Of a DNA stretch of 59,827 nt, positions 25,463 through 33,500 are shown in pieces. The stretch comes from a virus (taxonomy: Duplodnaviria > Caudoviricetes): IMG/VR virus record IMGVR_UViG_3300008450_000043, positions 1 through 59,827 of that record; one strand, written 5' to 3'. Below the pieces are notes generated by a model. The model had not been told where the DNA came from. It saw nothing but the letters and a program-made list of their open reading frames with translations, and ran no database searches. How positions within the stretch are numbered: position 1 is the first letter of the stretch; each line of letters opens with the position of its first letter. The position numbers and the translations under genes are program-made.

Positions 25463-25728
25463 AACCCACCTCCATAACAGTCACCCGACGAAAGCTAGGT
25501 CGCTACCGAGCCCTTGGTATGGCTCACGGAAACGGCCAAATCGAGATTGATGCTCGCCTCAAAGGCCAGCCTCACCTTCGCATTTTAATCCATGAGTTCC
25601 TACACGAATGGGAGTGGGCTTTGCCGGAAGATGTTGTGGACAAATTGTCCACCGACCTAGCTAAATTTCTCCATAAAAACAACACCCGAATGATTGAACC
25701 AGACGCTTACCCCAACCAACAAACATGA
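25459..25728 (+). CDS. Small zincin-like metallopeptidase
   Basis: G.IEID.RL...LIHEFLH...E. Confidence 0.65.
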   Translation: MKPTSITVTRRKLGRYRALGMAHGNGQIEIDARLKGQPHLRILIHEFLHEWEWALPEDVVDKLSTDLAKFLHKNNTRMIEPDAYPNQQT

Positions 25729-25865
25729 ATACAACTCGAACACTAACCATGCGCCCCGCTGCTCAAATCAATGCTGCTCTAGCTTACTGCATCGAGAAAG
25801 GAGTGGACTTTACTAAGCCTCTCCCGCTCCTCGATCTACGCAACCTATCCAACCCAAAAGCATGA
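25725..25865 (+). CDS. 46-aa hypothetical protein (not in ORF track)
   Basis: ATGA overlaps at both ends. Confidence 0.45.
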   Translation: MNTTRTLTMRPAAQINAALAYCIEKGVDFTKPLPLLDLRNLSNPKA

Positions 25866-26332
25866 CCCCCGAATTTGCTCCTGTTCTATTCCTCGACGTT
25901 GACGGGGTGCTTAACACTCGCCCCGGTTCACTTGACCGGGATAAACTGAACCTCGTTTGGGACATCATTCGCCAGACTCAATGCCTCATCTGCCTGTCTT
26001 CCAGCTGGCGGACCTCGTCTCGAATGCTTGACCGCATCTCTAATGAGCTGCCTATCTGGCAGTCCACGCCAGAGATCAAGGGGTACGAGAGCCTTGACTG
26101 GAGCCCCGGCCAACACCGCAGCCACGAGATTCGACTGTTTCTGAACACCCACCGGAGCATCAATAAGCTTGCCATCCTCGACGATTACGACGAAGGATGG
26201 GGCTCGCTAACCAAAGCTGTGGTCGTTTGTGACCCCCAAAAAGGTTTAGGTCCTGACGAAGCTGCCTTTGTTAAGACTAAACTCAACGTGCCAACCCTTG
26301 TGACTCAATACCAAGCTACTGACTATGAATGA
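25862..26332 (+). CDS. HAD-superfamily phosphatase (Swiss-army-knife RNA-repair type)
   Basis: FLDVDGVLN, SSSWR, R..EI, ILDD. Confidence 0.85.
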   Translation: MTPEFAPVLFLDVDGVLNTRPGSLDRDKLNLVWDIIRQTQCLICLSSSWRTSSRMLDRISNELPIWQSTPEIKGYESLDWSPGQHRSHEIRLFLNTHRSINKLAILDDYDEGWGSLTKAVVVCDPQKGLGPDEAAFVKTKLNVPTLVTQYQATDYE

Positions 26333-26735
26333 AAACACTGACACAATCTCGACGCCCCCTCCATGCACAGGGGCGTTGCATTTCCCGAACAGGCCGGGCA
26401 ACCTATATGTTTTCCGCAGTGGGAAGCATACTCTTGTGACTCCCTGTGGCGCACAAATTCGCGTTACAAGTGAGGGGGTTCCTATCCCCCGAGTCCGCAT
26501 GTCTAAGAAGGATAGAAAGCGTGCCCGAAAAAGAGCCGACGAAGCACAGGCAAAGCTTGACGGACTCATGGCTGCTTCCCGCGGCCGTGAGTCGGAGGTT
26601 CGCCGTATCTTTGTTGATAAGCTCAATGAGTTTATCGCGTCCTATGGCCGCCAACCGAACGACCTTGAAAAGCAAGCCCTCACTGTCATCTCTATTGAAG
26701 AACTCCCTGAACCTGTTGCAACCCTGCAACACTGA
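26325..26735 (+). CDS. Hypothetical protein
   Basis: Tiling ORF. Confidence 0.6.
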   Translation: MNENTDTISTPPPCTGALHFPNRPGNLYVFRSGKHTLVTPCGAQIRVTSEGVPIPRVRMSKKDRKRARKRADEAQAKLDGLMAASRGRESEVRRIFVDKLNEFIASYGRQPNDLEKQALTVISIEELPEPVATLQH

Positions 26736-26747
26736 AACAAAGCTCCA

Positions 26748-27308
26748 ATGAATATAATCTACCCTGTTACCTTCCCTTTTGTGGCCTTTACCGGGCTCGC
26801 TACCTGTGGCAAAACCACCGCTGCCGAGGCCCTGTGCTCGACGAAACACCGGGTCTATCGCACGGCCTTTGCTGACCCTCTCAAGGCAATGGTCGCCATT
26901 CTTACACCCGAGACGGACAAGAACGCCAGACCCCCGGAGCTCTGTGGCAAGACTGTCCGTGAGGCTTATCAGTCTTTGGGCACCGATTGGGGGCGTAACA
27001 TGATCGGTGAAAACATCTGGCTAGTTGCTGCTCAACAACGATTTACCCGCAAGCTCAAAGCTATCAAGGATGGAGTCATGGGTGGCATTGTCGTGGATGA
27101 CTGCCGATTCGATAACGAAGCTAAGCTCGTGAAAGATCTCGGAGGAGTCGTTGTCCGCATCGTTCGCCCCGGGCTGTCTGCGATGGACCACGCCAGTGAA
27201 GCTGGAATCAGCGACGACCTTGTTGACCACATTATCTACAACAATGCGGGAGTCCCCCATCTTGTGGACAAAGTGCGTGATCTTGTATTCAACGGAACCA
27301 TTCCATGA
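26748..27308 (+). CDS. Deoxynucleoside monophosphate kinase
   Basis: GLATCGKTT, FADPLK, QSLGTDWGR, DDCRFDNE, HASE. Confidence 0.9.
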   Translation: MNIIYPVTFPFVAFTGLATCGKTTAAEALCSTKHRVYRTAFADPLKAMVAILTPETDKNARPPELCGKTVREAYQSLGTDWGRNMIGENIWLVAAQQRFTRKLKAIKDGVMGGIVVDDCRFDNEAKLVKDLGGVVVRIVRPGLSAMDHASEAGISDDLVDHIIYNNAGVPHLVDKVRDLVFNGTIP

Positions 27309-27886
27309 TTGTCTCCGACGAAAAGCTTGAAGAACTTCGCGTGATGCTAGAGGCAGGGCTCACCCCTGCTGAGGCTGAAAATTTGACTGGAGTCCCGGTC
27401 AAAGAAATCCGCGCCTTGAAAAAGAAGCACAACTGGAAAGCCTCAGCCCCGTCTGTGGCCGTCCGTGAGGCTGAGCTTCTTGACATGGCTCAAGCTGAAG
27501 CCGAGGTGCTGACCACCAAAGCCGCAGACAATGGACTAAAGGCGGCTGGCACAGAGTACACGAACCGTCTGTTCGGAGTTCTGTCTGCCAAGATGTTGAC
27601 ACTGAAGAAGCTTCCGCCTATCAAAAGCTGGAAGGACGTAAAGATCATTGACGACATCCTTCGCCGCGCTGCTGGACTTGACGATAACAACGGCAACGGC
27701 AGTGGCAAAGTCCTCATCAACCTTGGCGTCATTGCTGGGGGAAAAATCCCTGAAGCCGCCAAAATTCCCAACCAAACCAACCTAATCGAAACCACATACG
27801 ACCATGTCGAGACTCAAGACAATCATCCCCACGACGGGGGACCTGAACCTATTCTGCCAGCGCCTGCTGAAAGTGGAACACCCTGA
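27305..27886 (+). CDS. HTH protein, possible terminase small subunit
   Basis: N-terminal HTH ending KKKHNW, helical middle, INL tail. Confidence 0.45.
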   Translation: MIVSDEKLEELRVMLEAGLTPAEAENLTGVPVKEIRALKKKHNWKASAPSVAVREAELLDMAQAEAEVLTTKAADNGLKAAGTEYTNRLFGVLSAKMLTLKKLPPIKSWKDVKIIDDILRRAAGLDDNNGNGSGKVLINLGVIAGGKIPEAAKIPNQTNLIETTYDHVETQDNHPHDGGPEPILPAPAESGTP

Positions 27887-28307
27887 AGATGTCCTTGCCC
27901 TTGTGGCCGTGCTTGACGAGAGCACAGCCGAGATTGAGGCCCAAAGAACCATGCGCCAGAAAGATGGCACAGCTTCCCCGAGCTGGTTGCAATCCAGCGC
28001 GGCGGCCCTCAAGTCCTGCGGGCTCAAGCTGAAGGCAGCCAAGGAGCACTATGACCGACTCATCAGCGGCAAGCCCCCCGAAGTGTTTGCTCCCGTGGAA
28101 GTCTGGCTTGTTACACTCTGCAACAATGCAACAGGGGACATTACCACCAAGCTTTCGGACAAGCATCCGGCAGAGTTTCTGCTGGACCAGATGGAAGCTG
28201 CTGCCCCTGAAGACCGCGACAGCATTGTTCTCTTCAACAGCATCAAGGTTCACCCGGCTCAGGTAGGTCGAGCCAACCGTCTGTTTGCCGCTATCCCTAA
28301 GTTATGA
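27804..28307 (+). CDS. Hypothetical protein
   Basis: ATG after A/C leader; overlaps upstream gene by 83 nt. Confidence 0.6.
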   Translation: MSRLKTIIPTTGDLNLFCQRLLKVEHPEDVLALVAVLDESTAEIEAQRTMRQKDGTASPSWLQSSAAALKSCGLKLKAAKEHYDRLISGKPPEVFAPVEVWLVTLCNNATGDITTKLSDKHPAEFLLDQMEAAAPEDRDSIVLFNSIKVHPAQVGRANRLFAAIPKL

Positions 28308-28750
28308 TTCGCCTAACCTACTACTGCCCTCCCAAGATAGCAAAGTTCGCCAGCAAAGCTGCTGACGAATGGAACAACGCTATGTATGGGCTGGTGGCCC
28401 TACGCCCCGTAGAGGCGGGGGCTGCCAATATCCACATTGGGTGGGGGAAGATTGATAACGAGAAGTTTCCCAAGCGGATTGCTCAATGCCACCGTCATGC
28501 CGTGGATGCGTGGCGCATCACTCTTTCCGACAAGATACGCTGGGCCATCAGCCGTTGGAGTCGTTTCATTGGTCACGGGGAAGACGTGACTTCTACCTTG
28601 CTGCATGAGTTCGGCCATGTTTTTGCCTTGCCACATGCGGCCAACCCCACATTTGTCATGTCCGAAAAGATTCCCCGGGTAACCTCCATGAGCCCGGACG
28701 AGAAGACACTCTACCGAAAAAAGTTCATGGAGGGAAACCCCCTCGATTAA
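28304..28750 (+). CDS. Matrixin (M10-like metzincin) metalloprotease
   Basis: A..EWN, HEFGHVFALPH, Met-turn FVMS. Confidence 0.8.
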   Translation: MIRLTYYCPPKIAKFASKAADEWNNAMYGLVALRPVEAGAANIHIGWGKIDNEKFPKRIAQCHRHAVDAWRITLSDKIRWAISRWSRFIGHGEDVTSTLLHEFGHVFALPHAANPTFVMSEKIPRVTSMSPDEKTLYRKKFMEGNPLD

Positions 28751-28764
28751 CCCCTGATATTTTT

Positions 28765-28863
28765 ATGGACTCCGAAACTTTCTGGTTATCCTTCATGCTT
28801 GTCGCTCTCTATGTGATAAAGCTTCTCACCGAGATCGGAAAACATAATCTCAACCTACCATGA
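28765..28863 (+). CDS. 32-aa hydrophobic peptide (not in ORF track)
   Basis: MDSETFWLSFMLVALYVIKLL...; ATGA overlap. Confidence 0.4.
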   Translation: MDSETFWLSFMLVALYVIKLLTEIGKHNLNLP

Positions 28864-29201
28864 AAGATGCCTGCTATAAAAAAGTCAAAGCTGCCTACGC
28901 TATCTTCCCGTCGGCCCGTGCCTCTCAAGCCATTGCCAAGTGCCGCAAGGAAAGTGGCAACGTCCGCAAGGGTGAAGCTGGTTCCAGTCTCAAACGGTGG
29001 GAAAAGGAGAAGTGGCAAGACCAACGCACAGGCAAACCCTGCGGTGCTGGAGGCTCCAATGAGTATTGCCGCCCCACGAAGCGTGTGTCCTCCGAAACCC
29101 CCAAGACAGCAGGCGAGCTAGGCCGCAAAAAAGTGCAGGCCAAGATGCGCGAAAAGTCCCGTGTCGGGATGGGGGCGCGTGTGAGTCCTGCGAAGAAGTG
29201 A
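28860..29201 (+). CDS. Conserved basic phage protein (DUF5872-like)
   Basis: DACY.KVK...PSA.AS, LKRW.KEKW, CRP.KRVS..TPKT. Confidence 0.75.
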   Translation: MKDACYKKVKAAYAIFPSARASQAIAKCRKESGNVRKGEAGSSLKRWEKEKWQDQRTGKPCGAGGSNEYCRPTKRVSSETPKTAGELGRKKVQAKMREKSRVGMGARVSPAKK

Positions 29202-29214
29202 TCTTTGACATTTT

Positions 29215-29328
29215 GACTCAGCGGCGTGGACAGGGACACGCATCGGGGTGCCTCCCGAACTGGACTCATACACGCGGCAAAAGCCGTAAAACCCCAGATA
29301 GCTGGTGCAATTCCAGCCTGAGTCGCCA
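29215..29328 (+). ncRNA. Non-canonical tRNA-like RNA 1 (encoded CCA)
   Basis: Acceptor GACTCAG/CTGAGTC-G-CCA; D-arm GCGTG-GACAGGGA-CACGC; arm TCGGG-GTGCCT-CCCGA; large branched variable region; T-arm GCTGG-TGCAATT-CCAGC. Confidence 0.7.
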
Positions 29329-29332
29329 ATTC

Positions 29333-29434
29333 GAGCGCGTGGTTGCGGAAGCAACATCAGAGAGCGATAAGACACCTTCGCTTGTCTGATCACGAAGCCA
29401 ATCGGATGCAGGTTCAAATCCTGCCGCGCTCACC
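29333..29434 (+). ncRNA. Non-canonical tRNA-like RNA 2
   Basis: Acceptor GAGCGCG/CGCGCTC-A-CC; T-arm GCAGG-TTCAAAT-CCTGC; D-arm GTTGC-GGAA-GCAAC; elongated middle arm ATCAGA GAGCGA/TCGCTT G TCTGAT with 10-nt loop. Confidence 0.75.
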
Positions 29435-29436
29435 CT

Positions 29437-29465
29437 TTGACGTAGGGCTATACCTCTAGTATTGT
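29437..29465 (+). promoter_or_regulatory. Sigma70-type promoter for nuclease gene
   Basis: TTGACG-N17-TATTGT. Confidence 0.55.
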
Positions 29466-29483
29466 TTGAGACCCCAAACTTTC

Positions 29484-29912
29484 ATGGAGAGACGACACGC
29501 TAATGCTGGCTCGCCAGCCGAGATTCTAACTATGGCCAGAATCCTTGAGCGAGGGTGGACCGTCTCCCTGCCCTATGGTGGCAAGGCTGGCTACGACTTG
29601 CTGGCCGACACAGGGACTCAGTTGCTTCGCATCCAAGTCAAAACCATCTACTTGGCCAAATTCAAGAACAGGTCCCGTTGGATAATGTCCTTCCTCAAAC
29701 CAAGGAGCAAAGACCACGGGTGGCGCAAGTACACTAAGGCAGACTGCGATTATATTGTCGGCATGTGCCCAGAGAATAACCGTTGCTTTGTTTTTCCGAT
29801 TGAGGACTGTGCAAGCCGACGACAGGCAACCTTTGATTTTGGGGGCACCCCTCTCCGCAAATCGGTGGATGCTAAATGGGTCATGTCCTACGAAGACGCT
29901 TGGCCCGCCTGA
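29484..29912 (+). CDS. PD-(D/E)XK endonuclease (PDDEXK_5 / I-Ssp6803I-like)
   Basis: E, VSLP, YDLLAD, RIQVK, Y...CDY; ATG 29484. Confidence 0.85.
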   Translation: MERRHANAGSPAEILTMARILERGWTVSLPYGGKAGYDLLADTGTQLLRIQVKTIYLAKFKNRSRWIMSFLKPRSKDHGWRKYTKADCDYIVGMCPENNRCFVFPIEDCASRRQATFDFGGTPLRKSVDAKWVMSYEDAWPA

Positions 29913-30502
29913 GCTGCCTGCGGAACCCAACACCACTCAGGAAACTGCTGCCCCGGCTCTACGCGGGTGGCTGACGCTGGAAGCTGTGTCTTCAACGCTA
30001 ACCGGCAACCACATTGCTGGCAGTTGTGAAGCTTCGAGTGATGCTTAGACCGCCGTTGTGGCGAGACCAAAGCGTCCTGCGCTATCTCAGCAGCAAGCTC
30101 AGGAATGCAGGTTAGGCAGCCCCCTAGTGGCTGATTGCGGGGACAGGCGGCACAAGTGGCCGCTCGTCTCTCAACTTCTTCCATAGGAGCCAACTCCATC
30201 CCAGTCTTCAGCCATGCCGAGAAGGCTTTGCTGGCATTGGACAGCGTCTCCAGAGTCGTCCGACCCGTTGGGACTGTCTCACTGCCCCGGCAATAGGGCT
30301 TTAGCAGCCCCATCTGCATGCAAATATCGTGCTCAATTTCAGCCGGAGGTTGGACTTTGTGCCCATTCTCAGACTGGTAGTTGAGGATTTCTTGAATCAG
30401 TTTTCGGGCGGAGCTCCGACTGGAGAGGGTTCTCCCCGTTACAGGGGAGACCCATCGCCAAGCGCCACCGGGAGGGAGAGGTGCGTTGTGGTTAATCTTC
30501 AT
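29888..30502 (-). CDS. Cys-rich hypothetical protein
   Basis: CAAC, CLTC, CQQCGC, WCW; ATGA overlap with giant gene stop. Confidence 0.7.
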   Translation of the reverse strand: MKINHNAPLPPGGAWRWVSPVTGRTLSSRSSARKLIQEILNYQSENGHKVQPPAEIEHDICMQMGLLKPYCRGSETVPTGRTTLETLSNASKAFSAWLKTGMELAPMEEVERRAATCAACPRNQPLGGCLTCIPELAAEIAQDALVSPQRRSKHHSKLHNCQQCGCRLALKTQLPASATRVEPGQQFPEWCWVPQAAQAGQASS

Positions 30503-33500
30503 TGTTGCCAGTGAGGGAGAAGTTCTCCATCCAAAATGCGACGCTGCAACTTGGATTGCGCGTATTTCCGGGCGGCACTAGATATGCTGTCCAGAGCTTT
30601 TTGGGCGGCTTCTCGTTCTACTTGGCCACGCTCAGCGAACCGAACAAGGTTATTGATGACGTTGCCACTCTGCAACATAGCCGTCATCTGCTCTCCGTAG
30701 AGAATCAGAGCTTCACGGGCAACGTCGGAGTCAAAGCTTGACAGGATAGCCCCGTCTGGGTCGATGCCCGCGGCACGATCTTCAGGGTCCTTCCATGTTT
30801 TGAAGGCCATCTGACTTTCCGGCGGCGACAGGTAAAGGCCCGCGCTGACCAGAGGAGTGATGATCTCATCCGTATGAGGGGACTCCATGTCAGGCAACAA
30901 CCGCTTGGTGAACGGAGCAAACCAGAAGGAGGTGACTTCTTTGCCCCGTGCGTTGAGGATAGCCGGGCGGTCAAAGAGCAGGGAAGAGCCGGGCAGGACG
31001 CTTTGCAAGGCGTCTGACCAAGTCTTAGCCGTCTCGATCATCGGGGTTTCCCCGGTCTCGGAGAGCAAGCCCCGAGTCATATCTTCCACATCCCGCAGGA
31101 TACGGGGGTTGGTGACTCCGCCCACCCATGAGGAAGCCATCTTCATGAGCACCTTATCAAGGCTGGCCCCGCCTTCAGCCCGCCCGAAGAGCAGCTTGCT
31201 AGCATCTTCCAGTCCTTGGAGGGGCTGCTTGGCAAACATTGCCCGAGTCAGCTGAATCATGGAGTTCACGGCGAACTGGGAGGGGCGAACCCTCCGGCCT
31301 TTTTCTTGGGCGTTGATGACTGAATCCGACAGTGCAGCAATGCCACCCAGCAACAGGTTGATTCCGGGCAGGTCCTTCCAGTTCGCGTAGAACGAGCCGA
31401 TCTTCAGCACGTTGGGCTTCCAGAATGGGGCACGCAGACGGAGCTGGTTGCGCTTCTCAGCGTCGGCAGGGCCGTCACCATAGGCAGCAATGAAGGGTTC
31501 TTCATCGTCAGCCATAGCCCGGAACATCTCAAAGACTGCCATGGCCAAGCCAGCTGTCAGGAATGTGGACATGAACCCTTGAGACATGAGCTTGTAGAAC
31601 TCCTGTGAACCACGCTCCACTTGCTGGCGGCGGTAGGTTTCGCTGATCATGCTATCCGGCATCCATGAAGATGGGGACATGTTGTAGGCTCGGAGGAACG
31701 AGACGGGGAAGAACGACATCGCCAACGAGAAGTCGAGCATGTTCGCCAGTGAGCGAGCAAACGGGACCAGCAGAGAGGTTGCCCCTCGGGTCTTGCGTTC
31801 AAGGCTACCAAAGATGCCGTCCATGACCCATCCAGCGAAGCCCTTCGGCTGCGAGGATAGGTTGGCAACATTGGCAGAGATGCGGCCTTCTGTAATGATG
31901 TCAGCCCCGGCGCTCAGGTTCTTGGCAAGAGAGTCCCGGTATTGTTCGAGGAGTTCATTGCGGCGAGCCTCACGCATCAGGGCGGGGTTCTTGGACAGGG
32001 CAAAGCTTGACGCTTCTCCATCCAGCTGGTTCTCAATTTGCCGCATGACAGTCTCTTCTGGGCTGAATGCCTTGCTCAGAAGCTCACGCATCTGGTCAGC
32101 ATCGTAGCCCTGCTTGGTAGCCAAGTGAGCGATAGCCATACGTTGACGGGCCATGTTGGCAGGAACCCCAACAAGGGCATCAATGACCATCATGACACGG
32201 CCAAGCAAAGAGTAGGGCTTGGTGATCTTACCTACCAGTGGCAGGTCACGTTCCAGACGGGAGAGAGACTCGGTTTGCTCAGACTGGAATCGGGTAGAGC
32301 CAGTGAACAGCGCTCGTTTCATCTCCGTGATCGTCTCGGCACGGGTCGCGGGGTCAAGCAGCAGGGCCGATTTGAATATGGTGAATAGATTGCGGGCCAT
32401 CAGGCTGGCACGATTGCCTTTTGGAGCCGTCATAGCGTAGCCAACTGCATTGTTGGTCAGGTCCATGATGGATTGCAGCGAGCCGAAGACAAGGTTGACC
32501 TGCTGTGTGCCGAACCCGGAAAGGATTCCAGCCTTCCACATCGAGGTGGGGACTTCCACGAGGTAGGTCCAGAGTACCTCGGGGTGCTTTTGGAGCAGCC
32601 CCTTGAGGCTATTGGAGCTCACCAGTTGTTTCAAGATGAGGTCTGCAACCTTGCTACTGAGTTCCCGTCCAGCGTCGAGGCGCTGGATAGAGTCCTTCGG
32701 CATAGCATTGATAGCAGCCAAGTCGGCCTCCAGTTGCTCAACGACTTTGGTGTCGTAGGTTGGGAGCTCCAGTGACCGGGCTATTGCAGAGTAGAACTCC
32801 TCAGAACGGAAGGCTCCCATGCGGGCAAACTGTGCCAGCTCTTCCGAGCGGGACAGCTTGTCCACCACAGTAGCGGCAGACGCTGCGAGGTCAGAGCGCT
32901 TGTATCGCTCGATCAATTTCTGGATGTACTTGGCTTTCTCTTCTTCGTAGGCGATCTCGATGTACTTCGCCACTAGCTTAGCCTGTGTCTCGTCCAGCTC
33001 TCCAACTTCCACCAGCATCTTGGTCAGGCTAGCAACGCTGGCAAGTTGGTCAGAGACATGGGCTTTGACTTCCTCACGGAAACGGAAGGATTGACGGACA
33101 AGCTGAGCGGCGTCCTTCATGGGCAGCACTTCAGCACGAGCTCCTTCAAGCAGGGCAAGAGTGCGGGTAAGCTTATCCACCTGTTCCTGAGTTGGAGGCC
33201 CATTGAAGTTGGGGTCCCCTCCGGGAGCAAGCTGCCTGCGGATGTCTGCCATCGAGCTGTCAAAGGCTTGACGTAGGATGTCTGCATCTTCGGCGTTCTG
33301 CATGAAACGACTCCATACAGTGTTTGGAACCTTCTCATTGTCTGGGCTGCCGTCACTCAGCTTGGCGGAAACTTGACGAGAGACTTCAGCCTGAACGCGC
33401 TTAAACCAGTCGTCAAAAGCCCCTTTATCTGCGGGCGGGATACGGCCTTGCAGGCGCTTAGCAACTCGCTTGACCATGACTTCTGCCACAGCTTCAGCCA

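Noticed and set aside
29215-29434. Assigning amino-acid identities or calling tmRNA
   Set aside because: No 7-nt anticodon loop with U33; too short for tmRNA and no tag ORF or G3-U70 pair
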